Of a stretch of DNA of 64,000 nucleotides, positions 29,753-41,331 are shown piece after piece (position 1 is the first letter of the stretch; each line of letters opens with the position of its first letter). The notes beneath the pieces were generated by a model. That model worked only from the letters and a program-made list of their open reading frames with translations. It did not search any database and was not told the DNA's origin. The stretch covers positions 496,001-560,000 of the forward strand of contig PS015009.1 in assembly GCA_048213135.1 (NCBI GenBank), given 5' to 3'. The translations under genes and the position numbers were made by a program. Origin of the DNA: Reclinomonas americana ATCC 50394. Taxonomy: Eukaryota.

Positions 29753-31291
29753 ATGAGAATGAGGTATCAGTGTGCAGTTTTATCTTTTTGCATTCTAACC
29801 TTGCCTGTTGAGGCACAGATCAGAGATACTGCGAAACCAGCAATACAGGTAAATTATATCCCACAGGCGAACCTTTCTATTGCTCATTCTTTGCAAGAGG
29901 TTAATAAAATTAGCTCCGTAGTAGATAGTGCTTTTAATACGCTACAATCTATCCCTACTAAATATATCCGACAGGTTGAAGATAAGATCGATAAATACAG
30001 TAGTCGTGTTACCGCTAAAACCATAAAGACGCTGGAAAGATTAAGCAGGTGGGAAGAAAAGATTAAAACACTTCTTGAAAAAGCAAGCCCCGAAACAGCC
30101 CAGCGACTATTCGCAAATGGGCAACTGACTTTCTCCTCCTTACTTCAGAAAGTAAAACTGGGTGAAGAATTGGCCAAACAATATAAAACAAAATATGACG
30201 GCTACCGTGACCAGCTAACCGGTAGTTTGAAATACCTCCTGGAACAAAAAGATCAATTAAAAACAAGTCTTATACAACCTCTTGAAGATGCATCAAAGAA
30301 GATGGGAGAGCTGGAGCAAGATATTGCCAATACGGAAGCTGTAGAAAAGTACATCAGGCAAAGAAAACGTCAGTTGATCGACCAGGCTATTAAATATATT
30401 GGTAACTGCAAATACCTGTCGAAGATTGATAAAGAAAGCTACTACTATATAGAAACACTCCGCAACTATAGAGAATTATTCAGTGATAGCAAAAAAACGG
30501 AAGAGCTGGCCGTTAAGTTACTCAATAAGATCCCCGATTTTCAACAATTTCTCCAGCAGAATAGCCGGGCTTCCGGTCTGTTCGGATTTGCTTCCAGCAA
30601 TGCCAATACCAGTATTGCAGGCCTTCAAACGAGGGAGAGTATCAATGCGCTGATACAGGAACGTATTGCTGTTGGTGGCCCCAATGCCCGGCGACAAATA
30701 TCAGAGGGATTGCAGCAGGCAAAAGCGGAACAGGCCAACCTGAAGAACAGGGTGTTGAAAGCAGGAGGAACCAGCAGCGATGCAGAAATCCCCAATTTCA
30801 AACCCAATGGGCAGCGGTCAAAAACCTTTATGCAGCGCTTGGAGTTTGGCAGTAATGTTCAGTTTGCCAAAAACAACCGCCTTGTTCCTACAACTGCTGA
30901 TATCGCATTAAGTCTGGGTTATAAACTCAATGACAAATCTATTATTGGTTTGGGTGCCAGTTATCGCCTGGGTATGGGCACTTTACAACGTATACGGTTT
31001 ACACATGAAGGAATAGGTGTCAGAAGTTTTGTTGACTGGAAGCTGAAGAAAAATTTCTCATTAAGCGGAGGATTTGAGATGAACTACAACGCACAGTTTA
31101 AAAATATCACGCAATTGCAATCCTACAATGCATGGCAACGGTCGGGATTGATAGGATTGACGAAGAAAGTAAATATCAATACAAAGTTGTTTAAAGGTTC
31201 GAGTATTCAACTGCTTTTCGATATGATGTATAAGCAACACACCCCGGTAAGCCAACCCATCCTGTTTAGAACAGGATATACATTTAAATAG
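29753..31291 (+). CDS. Secreted protein with long helical N-terminus and putative C-terminal beta-barrel
   Basis: Signal peptide; K/E/Q-rich helical region, then alternating beta strands ending FRTGYTFK. Confidence 0.65.
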   Translation: MRMRYQCAVLSFCILTLPVEAQIRDTAKPAIQVNYIPQANLSIAHSLQEVNKISSVVDSAFNTLQSIPTKYIRQVEDKIDKYSSRVTAKTIKTLERLSRWEEKIKTLLEKASPETAQRLFANGQLTFSSLLQKVKLGEELAKQYKTKYDGYRDQLTGSLKYLLEQKDQLKTSLIQPLEDASKKMGELEQDIANTEAVEKYIRQRKRQLIDQAIKYIGNCKYLSKIDKESYYYIETLRNYRELFSDSKKTEELAVKLLNKIPDFQQFLQQNSRASGLFGFASSNANTSIAGLQTRESINALIQERIAVGGPNARRQISEGLQQAKAEQANLKNRVLKAGGTSSDAEIPNFKPNGQRSKTFMQRLEFGSNVQFAKNNRLVPTTADIALSLGYKLNDKSIIGLGASYRLGMGTLQRIRFTHEGIGVRSFVDWKLKKNFSLSGGFEMNYNAQFKNITQLQSYNAWQRSGLIGLTKKVNINTKLFKGSSIQLLFDMMYKQHTPVSQPILFRTGYTFK

Positions 31292-31336
31292 ACCAAGTCT
31301 AAAGAATAAAGTATAGAAACGATAAATTTCTGAGAG

Positions 31337-34300
31337 ATGAACAAGGTTATTTTACTTCCCGCGTTTTTATTATTAACTGCCTGCCTCACTGCGCAAAATG
31401 AAGTGCATAGCTCTGCCATACAGATTATTGAAAGAATGACAAAAGCGCCGAATACAGCCTCGTTGGGCAAGTACTTTGAAGTGCCGGTTAATATGTCAAC
31501 CGGTATTCCCAGCATACAAATACCCATTTATACGATCAAGTCAGGCAATGCAACTATTCCTATCTCCATAAGTTATCATGCCGGAGGCGTTAAAGTAAAT
31601 GATCCGGCCAGTTATGTAGGTCTGGGTTGGTCGCTCAATGCAGGAGGTGTTGTGACGAAGAAGATAAACGGCCTGGATGACGATTATGCAAACATCCAGA
31701 TTCCACCTGGTCAGAACTGGGTACCGCCTTATAATTACTACACTCCGGATTATTATATTGACGGAGATCTTGGTTTTAATAGTATGACAGAAGCGGTAGA
31801 CAGCTTTAACTCACCATATACGTATACGCATGCAAATGACTTGTGTAAATTTTTCGGAAGGGTGATCAGGAATCAATATGATGGTGAGGCAGATGAATAT
31901 TTTTACAACACTCCTGAAGGTGGAGGCACGATTTACTGGAATCAGAAGCAGAACAAATTTCAACTGGACAAAATAAATGGCTGGCAGGCATATAAGATTG
32001 ATGATTATTGGAACCTTGATAATAAAACTGGACTGACCTATCAGTTCAATGGCAAGGAACGAACCTTGTCATCTATGTACCCACCGCCTTCTACGCCGCC
32101 TACCACTAATTTCAACGACTATTTTTTTTCTGCGTGGTATCTCACACGCATTACCGATCGTGTGAACAGTAAGTATATAGATTTTAACTATCAATCATCT
32201 TCTTATTATACTACCAACCAGGGATATGATCAATACCTTGATTATAAAGGGTATGGAGGCGGATGGTTATATTTCAGGGAGAGAAATGAGCCGAGCAAGC
32301 GCTATGGATTTGATCTCTGGCTAACGGGTATTGAATACGATGGAGGTAAGGTGGAATTTATACAGGATACGGCTTCCCGACTCGATATTGCGAATGCGCC
32401 CAAAGCGCTCAAGACTATCCTGGTATATGACAAAAATGATTCCTTAGTAAAGAAATTTGAGCTGAGTCACTTTTATGCTTCCGGCAGGCTATTCCTTAAA
32501 TCCATACAGGAAGTAAATTACCAGACAGGCTCTTCAGGTGAGAGTAAACCCTATGTATTTAATTATGATACGGCAGTACATCTACCAGCCATGTACTCTT
32601 ACGGACAAGATATTTATGGGTACAACAATGGCGTAACAACAAATACAACCAGTATTCCCACTGAGTATGAAGCTTTGGCATTGGGGCTGCCTGCATTTGC
32701 CAATCGATTTGTAGACACAAGTTATACCCGTGCCTGTATGTTAAAGCAGATCGTCTATCCCATGGGTGGTTCGCTGAATTTTGAATTCGAGAATAATCGC
32801 AATGTGGAAGATAGCTTAACAGGCGGTATGCGGGTGAAACGGATTGTAAATTATGACAGTGTAGCGGGTAAAAGCCTAGTTACAACGTATAAATACAAAT
32901 TACCTAACGGTACTCCTTCGGGGGAAGTAATGTACCGGCCGAAATTTCATTATTTCTTTAATTATCAGGATGCTCCAACTGATTTCACCATTGCTCATAT
33001 TGGAGCAACCCCAACACGCCCGTTGTTTACCAACCAGGGCTGCGCAGTATTCTACACTTGTGTAGAAAAAACTGAGATTGGAGATAATAGCGACAGTATT
33101 CGGTCGAGACATTATTTTATGAACTATTTTACTTCAGGTAACGATGTGCCAACAGATGTTCACGCTCAGGAACCAGGCGATTACTACGGTGTACCATATA
33201 GCAAGTATCCCAACTCCCAGAACTACACCGGAATTGAGTACAGAACTGAGCGGTTTAAATACAAAAATGGTCAATTTAAATTGCAGACTGTTGATTCATT
33301 GGAATTTTCTACATTAAATCATTTCAAAAACTATGTATGGAATGTACAGGCGGCCTGGGGATTCAGCGGCCTTTGGATAGAATGGCCGGATAATGATCCT
33401 TATACCGTAACGCCTATGAACTCCTGCGCCAACCTTAACCTTTACAAACTATTTAATGAGTCGCTGGTTAACCATCAAACCTATAACAAGATCTATGATG
33501 ATAACAATATAAAATCTGAACAGGCCGTCTATAAATACTTTGATAGTACGAATGGTAACCTGAAAAAGACAGTGACGATTGCCAGTAACGGTGATACGCT
33601 CAAAAGCTATTATACCTATGTCATCGATATCGGAACAACGACATCTTCAAACCCCATTAATGTTGAGGTTAATACGCTGATCGAGCATAACATGACTGAC
33701 CTGCCGGTAGAGGTAATTACTACTAGAAAAAAACCGGGTGGAAATGAAGCTGTGATCAATGCCAATCTTTATCTCTATGATAGTAAAAGAATAAAGAAGA
33801 TATACAAGATCAACCAGGATATGCTGTATTCTGCCATGACGAAAGCGCATGCTGACAATGGTGGTTTCTATTATGATACTACCTATACGCTTGAGAGTGA
33901 GGTGGTGTCATATAATACGGATGGTAATCCACTGGAAATAAAACTGGTCAATAAAACACAATCGCTGCTTTGGGATGGAGAGGACATGACGGCAACAGCT
34001 TTGAATACGACACAATCCAAAATTGCCGCTACTTCTTTTGAGTCTGCAGAAAAAGGCGGCTGGTCTTATTCGGGATCGACGGCTTCCGATGCTACTGCAC
34101 CTACCGGGAAAAAATGTTATAGCCTTTCGGGTGGCAATATTACCCGTACCGGATTGCCCAATACCACGTATATCATTTCTTACTGGAGCAAGAACGGGGC
34201 TTATACCGTAACCAGTACTTCACCGGTGCGAACAGGGAAAACCATCAATGGCTGGACTTATTATGAGCATGAGGTGACCGGCACTTCCATTACAGTATCG

Positions 34301-34522
34301 GGTAGTGGGTATATTGATGAACTGCGTTTGTATCCCAAAGGCGCACAGATGAATACTTATACTTATTTCCCGGCAATCGGTATGGCAACACAATGTGATA
34401 TCAATAACCGGATCATACGATATGAATATGACGGCTTCAACCGGTTGAAACTTATTAAAGACGAAGACGGAAATATCTTGAAACGTATTGACTATAAAAA
34501 TCAAGCCACGACAACGGAATAA
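31337..34522 (+). CDS. YD/Rhs-repeat protein with SpvB/TcB-like N-terminus
   Basis: Signal peptide; [24 protein letters not shown]-terminal YEYDGFNRL. Confidence 0.8.
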   Translation: MNKVILLPAFLLLTACLTAQNEVHSSAIQIIERMTKAPNTASLGKYFEVPVNMSTGIPSIQIPIYTIKSGNATIPISISYHAGGVKVNDPASYVGLGWSLNAGGVVTKKINGLDDDYANIQIPPGQNWVPPYNYYTPDYYIDGDLGFNSMTEAVDSFNSPYTYTHANDLCKFFGRVIRNQYDGEADEYFYNTPEGGGTIYWNQKQNKFQLDKINGWQAYKIDDYWNLDNKTGLTYQFNGKERTLSSMYPPPSTPPTTNFNDYFFSAWYLTRITDRVNSKYIDFNYQSSSYYTTNQGYDQYLDYKGYGGGWLYFRERNEPSKRYGFDLWLTGIEYDGGKVEFIQDTASRLDIANAPKALKTILVYDKNDSLVKKFELSHFYASGRLFLKSIQEVNYQTGSSGESKPYVFNYDTAVHLPAMYSYGQDIYGYNNGVTTNTTSIPTEYEALALGLPAFANRFVDTSYTRACMLKQIVYPMGGSLNFEFENNRNVEDSLTGGMRVKRIVNYDSVAGKSLVTTYKYKLPNGTPSGEVMYRPKFHYFFNYQDAPTDFTIAHIGATPTRPLFTNQGCAVFYTCVEKTEIGDNSDSIRSRHYFMNYFTSGNDVPTDVHAQEPGDYYGVPYSKYPNSQNYTGIEYRTERFKYKNGQFKLQTVDSLEFSTLNHFKNYVWNVQAAWGFSGLWIEWPDNDPYTVTPMNSCANLNLYKLFNESLVNHQTYNKIYDDNNIKSEQAVYKYFDSTNGNLKKTVTIASNGDTLKSYYTYVIDIGTTTSSNPINVEVNTLIEHNMTDLPVEVITTRKKPGGNEAVINANLYLYDSKRIKKIYKINQDMLYSAMTKAHADNGGFYYDTTYTLESEVVSYNTDGNPLEIKLVNKTQSLLWDGEDMTATALNTTQSKIAATSFESAEKGGWSYSGSTASDATAPTGKKCYSLSGGNITRTGLPNTTYIISYWSKNGAYTVTSTSPVRTGKTINGWTYYEHEVTGTSITVSGSGYIDELRLYPKGAQMNTYTYFPAIGMATQCDINNRIIRYEYDGFNRLKLIKDEDGNILKRIDYKNQATTTE

Positions 34523-34539
34523 CTGTAAAACGAATTTTT

Positions 34540-37500
34540 ATGAAGATGATTTTCCGGGCTTTGCCGCAACTGATCATACTGCTACTGATACTGGTTGTCA
34601 GTCAAGGGCAGACCTTGTATCCGTCGCCGTACAGCGGCAGTGCAAAAGTGAATTATATCAGGACCTGGGATGCTACCTCCCCCCAATCCAATGCGGATAC
34701 ACTGGTGGGCAGAACGATCAAGGATGTTAAGCAGACCACCCAATATTTCGACGGACTGGGGAGGCTGCTGCAAACGGTGATAAAACAAGGGTCGATGCTA
34801 ACAGGCTATTCGGCATTCGACCTTGTGCAACCTGTAAGCTATGATCAGTTGGGCAGGGAAAAATATCGGTTCATGCCTTTTGTTGCCAATTATACCGGCG
34901 GTAATACGTCTGTTAATGATGGGTATTTCAAATTAAATCCTTTCCAGCAAGATTCCGCTTTCAATAAGCTACAATACAAATTGGACGCTTATTATTATTA
35001 CAGCCAGGTAAATTATGAAGTTTCTGCCATGAACCGGGCGCTGGAGGCTTTTGCTCCTGGCGAGAACTGGGTAGGGACGGCATCAGAAAGTATAGATACT
35101 AACAGGAGGTCAGTAAAAACAAGATATTGGTTCAATACGATTGCTGATTCTGTAAGGATCTGGAATGTGACCCATGTGTCCAACAGCTTTGGAACATATG
35201 CCAGCAGCAGCCTATACCCGGCCGGCGCTTTATCAAAAATGGTATCTATTGATGAGCAAAACAACCAGGTCGTTGAGTTTAAAGATAACGAAGGAAAGGT
35301 CATCCTGAAAAAGATACAACTTACTGCCGCCCCCGACACAGGAACCGGCAAGGGCTATACTGGGTGGCTAAGTACCATATATGTTTACGATGACTACAAC
35401 CGCCTGCGTTGTGTGGTGCAACCTAAGGGTGTAGAATGGCTGGCTGCTAATAGTTGGACTTTCAGCAGCTCGGATGTGTTGAATGAGCTGTGTTTCCGTT
35501 ATGAGTACGACGGCAGAGGAAGGATGATCCTTAAAAAAGTACCCGGCGCCGGTACGATTTATATGGTCTATGACGTCAAGGATCGCCTGGTAATGGTACA
35601 GGATTCGATTACGAGAAGCAATCATAAATGGACTTATAGTCAGTATGACGAGCTGAACCGATTAATTACCACAGGGCTGGTCACGGACAATACCAATTAC
35701 AATAACGCCGCTTATCACCGGGCACAAGCATCGGTTAGTAATGCCTATCCCGATACTTCATCTTATACAAACGAAGTGCTTACCCGCACTTTTTATGATG
35801 ATTACAGTTGGCGATCTGCAGAAGGCAACCCCCTCAGCGATACCCGCAGTACAACGTACGATAGTTATTTACAAACTCCCTCCAACTCAACCTGGCCCTA
35901 TCCCCAATCTGTTAACCAGTCAGTACAAGTAAGGGGTATGGTAACCGGAACAAAAACTAAAGTGTTGGGTGTAACCAACACTTACCTGTACGGGGTGAAC
36001 TTTTATGACGAAAAGGGAAAATTGGCGCAGGTGCAGAGTACCAACATAGCAACCGGAACAGATATCGTTACCACGCAGTATGGCTTTATCGGGCAGCCGT
36101 TGGTATCCGTTATTAAGAATGAAAAGCCCGGTACGAATGCACAGACCAATATCGTATTGACGAAAATGAGTTACGACAACCTGAACCGGCTGTCGAAGAT
36201 CGAGAAAAAGATATCCAATACACTGGTCAACGGTGGCAGTATGCCAGGGAGCTGGACGACCACGATGGAAAATGAATACAACTCATTAGGACAGTTGCGA
36301 AATAAAAAGCTCGGGGATAACCTGGAATCACTTGAATACACTTATAATGTAAGAGGATGGCTAACCGGTATCAATCAAAACTATGTAAGTGGAAGTACAA
36401 CTCATTGGTTTGGTCTTGACCTGGGGTATGATAAGGATACCTATGTTTCGTTCAGCAACAAACAGTATAATGGTAATATCGCAGGGATGATCTGGAGAGC
36501 AAGGGGGAATGGAGTACGGTGCAAGTATGATTTCATTTACGACAAAACCAATCGCCTTACTAAAGCCGATTGGTCGGGTGGCCCCAATTCAGCAAATGAT
36601 GTGGCGCTATGGGCGGCTGAAGATTATAATGTAAAAGGGATCACATACGATGCCAATGGTAATATCCTTACCCTGACTCAAAAGGGATTGCTTTTCACCA
36701 GTAATATGACAATTGATTCACTGAGCTACAGCTACCTCAGCAACAGCAATAAGCTCATGCGGGTAACTGATGGAATTGTTGATCCCGATACACGGCTAGG
36801 CGATTTCAAAAATGGAACCAATGGCAGCGATGATTACAATTATGACGGTAATGGAAATATGATGTCGGACAGCAATAAGCATATCCAGTCCATTACCTAT
36901 AACCTGCTTAATCTGCCACAAACCATCACCGTGTCGGGTAAGGGTACTATTGAGTATCTCTATGATGCCACTGGTAATAAACTGGAAAAGAAGACAATAG
37001 AAGGATCAAAGATCACAACGACAAAATACGTCAACGGCTTTGTGTATCAGAATGATACATTGCAATATACCGCTCATGAAGAAGGTAGTATACGTTTCGT
37101 GAAAAAGTATTATCTTAACGGCGATAGTACTCAAGCACTGTACTATAATTATTTTTTAAAAGACCACTTGGGCAATATAAGAACCGTGCTCACTGAACAG
37201 CAGGATACCGCGAAATACATAGCCTCCTTTGAAGCGGCTTACCGTACAAAGGAGAATGCGCTATTTTATAATATCGATGAAACCTCCAAAGCGGTTTCCG
37301 CCGTGCCGGGTTATCCCACCGACAATACCACATCGCCTAATGATTCCACTTCCGAGTTGAAAGGGAATGGTCATGCCGTTGGTGCAGCGATCACATTAAA
37401 AGTAATGGCAGGGGATAAATACGATCTGGGGGTTAAATCCTTTTACAACAATTTCATCCCCCGCAATGCCTATAATATAGGAGACCAGATCGTGGAAGCC

Positions 37501-38841
37501 CTGCTGAATACCATGAGCGGATCTGTTGCGACTGTTGCCGGGGGCAAAGCCACGGTAGATGAGCTGAAAAATGATAAAGGACCACTCCTTAGTGCCATCG
37601 ATAATTTCAGGAGTACGCAAACCTATAATACGGCTTATCCCCGGGCTTACCTGAACTGGATATTGCTCGACGAACAGTTCCGGTATGTGCCGGAAGGCAG
37701 CGGTTTTACGCAGGTGACTAATTCAGGTGTGCTGAATACGATTTACCACAGTGATGTAGAGATACCGAAGAGCGGCTACCTATTTGTTTACGTAAGCAAC
37801 GCCGATAGCGGGTTTAAGGTGTATTTTGATAACCTGGCTGTGCAGCATTATACGGGACCGCTGGTGGAGGAAACACAGTATTACCCGTTTGGTATGACAA
37901 TGCAGGGTATTAGTTCTAAAGCGGCAGGACGGCAGGAGAATAAGCTGAAATATAATGGCAAAGAAGAACAGAGAAAAGAGTTTACAGATGGCGTTGGTTT
38001 AGACTGGTATGATTACGGAGCGAGGATGTATGATGTGCAGATTGGAAGGTGGCTGACAGTAGATCCCAGGTCTGATTTAATGCGAAGATGGAGCCCATAT
38101 AACTATTGCTTTGATAACCCGATACGTTATATCGATCCCGATGGCATGGCTCCTCTTGGCCCTGGAGATTTGTATAAATCTGCAGATGCCGCAGCAATAG
38201 CATGGGCATTAGAACATTATCCACTAACCATGGCGAAAGATAATCAAGCTGAGTTTTCTTCGTTGATTTATGAAATTAAAAAGAATGGTAAGGCTTATTA
38301 TTCTTATACTCCTGGTGAAACCTTTGATGGAGATGAAAAAATGAAAAGTTCAAGCCCTGGTCCTGGAAATAAACTCAATACAAGGCATTTGCCAAAAGAT
38401 GCAAAAGTTGTAGGCCATATTCATTCCCATTTGCCGACTCCAGATGCTTATGGAGGGCAGAATAACAACTTTAGCGAATCCGATAGAGCGAGTTTTGCCA
38501 ATGTGCAGTCTTATCAAGGGCTTAACGCATATCTAGTTCAACCTAATGGAATTTTACGTGTCAGCCGAAGAGGAAGCAGCGTTGACGCTATATTAGCTAC
38601 AGGATTGGGTACTGACAATTTCAAGGTAAATACAAAGGAAACTAGAGGCCCGAATACATATCCTCTAGATTACTCTCCGTTACCAAAAGAACCGCCAAAA
38701 TGGTGGCACCCACCTATGACATGGCCCCCAAACTACAATAGCACCGACAATCCTGACAGGCCGGATTATAAAAAATGGTGGAATCCATGGAATAATAAAA
38801 TAGGTCAAAGCGACCTTCTAAATAATAATATTAAAGCATAG
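34540..38841 (+). CDS. Rhs core protein (DUF6443-type N-terminus) with C-terminal JAB/DUF4329-like toxin domain
   Basis: Signal peptide; [43 protein letters not shown]; tip E..HSH..FSESD. Confidence 0.92.
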   Translation: MKMIFRALPQLIILLLILVVSQGQTLYPSPYSGSAKVNYIRTWDATSPQSNADTLVGRTIKDVKQTTQYFDGLGRLLQTVIKQGSMLTGYSAFDLVQPVSYDQLGREKYRFMPFVANYTGGNTSVNDGYFKLNPFQQDSAFNKLQYKLDAYYYYSQVNYEVSAMNRALEAFAPGENWVGTASESIDTNRRSVKTRYWFNTIADSVRIWNVTHVSNSFGTYASSSLYPAGALSKMVSIDEQNNQVVEFKDNEGKVILKKIQLTAAPDTGTGKGYTGWLSTIYVYDDYNRLRCVVQPKGVEWLAANSWTFSSSDVLNELCFRYEYDGRGRMILKKVPGAGTIYMVYDVKDRLVMVQDSITRSNHKWTYSQYDELNRLITTGLVTDNTNYNNAAYHRAQASVSNAYPDTSSYTNEVLTRTFYDDYSWRSAEGNPLSDTRSTTYDSYLQTPSNSTWPYPQSVNQSVQVRGMVTGTKTKVLGVTNTYLYGVNFYDEKGKLAQVQSTNIATGTDIVTTQYGFIGQPLVSVIKNEKPGTNAQTNIVLTKMSYDNLNRLSKIEKKISNTLVNGGSMPGSWTTTMENEYNSLGQLRNKKLGDNLESLEYTYNVRGWLTGINQNYVSGSTTHWFGLDLGYDKDTYVSFSNKQYNGNIAGMIWRARGNGVRCKYDFIYDKTNRLTKADWSGGPNSANDVALWAAEDYNVKGITYDANGNILTLTQKGLLFTSNMTIDSLSYSYLSNSNKLMRVTDGIVDPDTRLGDFKNGTNGSDDYNYDGNGNMMSDSNKHIQSITYNLLNLPQTITVSGKGTIEYLYDATGNKLEKKTIEGSKITTTKYVNGFVYQNDTLQYTAHEEGSIRFVKKYYLNGDSTQALYYNYFLKDHLGNIRTVLTEQQDTAKYIASFEAAYRTKENALFYNIDETSKAVSAVPGYPTDNTTSPNDSTSELKGNGHAVGAAITLKVMAGDKYDLGVKSFYNNFIPRNAYNIGDQIVEALLNTMSGSVATVAGGKATVDELKNDKGPLLSAIDNFRSTQTYNTAYPRAYLNWILLDEQFRYVPEGSGFTQVTNSGVLNTIYHSDVEIPKSGYLFVYVSNADSGFKVYFDNLAVQHYTGPLVEETQYYPFGMTMQGISSKAAGRQENKLKYNGKEEQRKEFTDGVGLDWYDYGARMYDVQIGRWLTVDPRSDLMRRWSPYNYCFDNPIRYIDPDGMAPLGPGDLYKSADAAAIAWALEHYPLTMAKDNQAEFSSLIYEIKKNGKAYYSYTPGETFDGDEKMKSSSPGPGNKLNTRHLPKDAKVVGHIHSHLPTPDAYGGQNNNFSESDRASFANVQSYQGLNAYLVQPNGILRVSRRGSSVDAILATGLGTDNFKVNTKETRGPNTYPLDYSPLPKEPPKWWHPPMTWPPNYNSTDNPDRPDYKKWWNPWNNKIGQSDLLNNNIKA

Positions 38842-38846
38842 AAGGT

Positions 38847-39551
38847 ATGAAAAACAGCATCTGGCTAATGCATTATTTTTTAGCGATAGTATTACTTCAA
38901 ATTGTCTCTTGTAAAGAGAAGGTCAGAGAAGAAACCTTTGTGTATAAAAAGATCACGGAGAATGAGTCATTTTTTACAAAAAACTATCCCAAGAGTGATG
39001 CAGACAGAGGTTCTTATTTTTATCCAGTAATTGCTGATTATGCTAAAAAGGCTAATCTTAAATCACTTACAAAAGGATTTGATTCGATTGCATATCGAAT
39101 TTGGTATATGCCTGTGAATGGCAAGTATAATATCATAGAACTGTATTATAGTGACGAAAATTGGAAAGGAGATCAGATTTCATTAAAAGGGCTCTTTACA
39201 GAGCAAGATTCTACTATCACGTTGACCAAGGCAGTGCATGCACTTAACCCAAAATCAGGATGGGGAGACTTAATTGAGAATCTGGAAAAGCTAGACATCA
39301 AAACATTGCCCGATGAATCAGAAATTAAAAATTATGACTCACCTACAGATGGAATATCAATTGTTATAGAATATGCCACTAAATATACATACCGAATCTA
39401 CTCTTATAATAACCCATTCTATAATGAAAACGAGATTAAGGAAGCTAAAAGTGTTATGGAAATTTTGAACTTACTCGAAAGAGAGTTTTCATTTAAATTT
39501 GATAGTAGATTAAATTATTCAGGATCCGACTATGCTTCTAGTTGTAAATAA
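38847..39551 (+). CDS. Putative immunity lipoprotein
   Basis: Starts 5 bp after the Rhs stop; lipobox IVSC; AT-rich like the toxin tip. Confidence 0.6.
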   Translation: MKNSIWLMHYFLAIVLLQIVSCKEKVREETFVYKKITENESFFTKNYPKSDADRGSYFYPVIADYAKKANLKSLTKGFDSIAYRIWYMPVNGKYNIIELYYSDENWKGDQISLKGLFTEQDSTITLTKAVHALNPKSGWGDLIENLEKLDIKTLPDESEIKNYDSPTDGISIVIEYATKYTYRIYSYNNPFYNENEIKEAKSVMEILNLLEREFSFKFDSRLNYSGSDYASSCK

Positions 39552-39623
39552 CAATTATTCGTAATTATGGATTGTTGCTAGATGAACAGTTTTATTAAGT
39601 GGCAGAGGCCTTGGGTCATAAAA

Positions 39624-40825
39624 TGTAATAGCTAGTACTTAATCTGACAGTCAAGGATTTTTTTTCGTTTAACATGGGAAACGGATTAATTTATTAAGCT
39701 GCTGTGTGAGTTTCATCCAGCAACTATTGTTTTGCTAAAGGTAAAGATTCTAAAAATGTTTGCATAGGAGTTTTGCCATAGCAGCACTTGCCGCTGTGAG
39801 GTCGTTGATTGTTATAGTACTCTATCCATTCATCAAGGTCCTGTTGGAGAAGTTCCAGGTTATCGTACAGTTTTTTCCTGAAGGCAACGGCATAGAACTC
39901 TTCCTGCATAGTACGATGCAGACGTTCGCAGATGCCATTGCTTTGCGGATGGCGGACCTAGGTTTTACTGTGCTCGATCCCTTCCAGGTTCAGGTATAAC
40001 TCAAACTCATGATGCTCGGGCTTACCGTTGTATTCGGTTCCGCGATCAGTAAGGATACGCAGCAAGGGTATCTGCTGTTGTTCAAAGAATGGTAATACCC
40101 GGCCATTGAGTATGTCTGCAGATGTGATAGCATGCTTACTGGTATAGAGCGTAGCAAAAGCAACCCGGCTGTACGTATCAATAAAGGTTTGCTGGTAGAT
40201 CCTTCCAACACCTTTGATATTGCCAACGTAATAAGTGTCCTGGGAGCCAAGATAGCCGGGATGTTCTGTTTCTATCTCTCCATGAGCTTCCCGATGCTCC
40301 CTTTTACGCTCCAGCGCTATGACCTGAGCTTCGGTCAGAACAATGCCATCCTGCGCTACGTGGGCTTCCAGTGCCTTTAAACGTTTGGAGAAGATCTCAA
40401 GATCATGGCACTGCCATACACAACGAACACCTGCCGGGGAGATGAAGACGCCCTGTTTGCGCAGCTCGTTACTGGCACGCACCTGGCCAAAGGCGGGCTG
40501 ATCAAAAGCGATCTTTACAACAGCTTCTTCGATTGCCGGCTCGACCCGGTTTTTAGGGATGGGCTTGCGGCGGCTTATCTCCTGCAGCGCCATATCTCCT
40601 CCGGTATCGTACAACTCTTTTAAACGGTAAAAACTATCACGGCTGTAACCCATGATCTTGCAGGCCTGCGATACATTGCCCAATTGCTGGGCTAGTGCTA
40701 GTAATCCTAACTTGGCTTTAATTGACTTAGACTCTTGATTCATAATCTGACTTTTTGGGGTTAACGATAGTTTGTAGTTACTCTAAAGTTAATCCCAACT
40801 GTCAGATTAAGTCTTGACTATTTCA
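39624..40825 (-). mobile_element. IS481-family insertion sequence (about 1.2 kb, inactivated)
   Basis: 28-bp imperfect terminal inverted repeats at 39624-39651 (TGTAATAGCTAGTACTTAATCTGACAGT) and 40798-40825; DDE transposase inside. Confidence 0.88.
39694..40743 (-). pseudogene. IS481-family transposase with in-frame nonsense codon(s)
   Basis: LGNVSQAC HTH; QDT; TDRGTEY; reads HSKT*VRHPQSNGICERLHRT across TAG at 39958-39960; possible second internal TAG at 39724-39726. Confidence 0.88.
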
Positions 40826-41237
40826 CTTAAAACGCAATCAATTTCGGCATACTTATACACACATTATATCTATGCCACCAATCTTCTTCCCAAGAATAGT
40901 AAATGGTTCTTTTTTCCAAAAAATGTTTGAACACGACTATACTCTTTAAAAAATGTTCTATAAAATCCTGTCTAAACGAAGAAAAATTAAATAACTACTT
41001 TACAGCCTGATCTTCTGACATTAAAGTATCACTAACCTCTTCCGTCTCGGTAAAAAGGATATTTCTGTTTCTCCGGTAAAAACTTTGCTATCATAATAAA
41101 TTTGCCTAAAAATCATAGAACGTTTCATACATCATTTTAGTTTGAAACATTTTAGCGATTTCCTCTAACACGAGTATTACATTCTAGCAGATCATTTGTA
41201 CCCAATAGTCCTATTAGCTGTGACAATGTAAGAAACT

Positions 41238-41292
41238 TCCCATACCGCCGGTGGGCATCTTTACTTTATACTCACTTCTCACTACTTTATAC
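41238..41292 (+). repeat. 55-bp repeat, copy 1 (palindromic CCCATACCGCCGGTGGG plus TACTnnn heptamer ladder)
   Basis: 46 of 55 positions identical to 51278-51332 by manual alignment. Confidence 0.8.
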
Positions 41293-41331
41293 CAACATAC
41301 TCCTACATTTGTTAACCTAACCGCCGCTGTT

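Noticed and set aside
29753-39551. Type VI secretion locus or prophage
   Set aside because: No Hcp, VgrG, PAAR, sheath, integrase or phage structural genes are recognisable
39694-39960. TAG read-through or recoding suggested by two in-frame TAGs in the transposase
   Set aside because: TAG terminates apparently intact genes in this window (22688, 31291, 38841); decay of the IS is the simpler explanation
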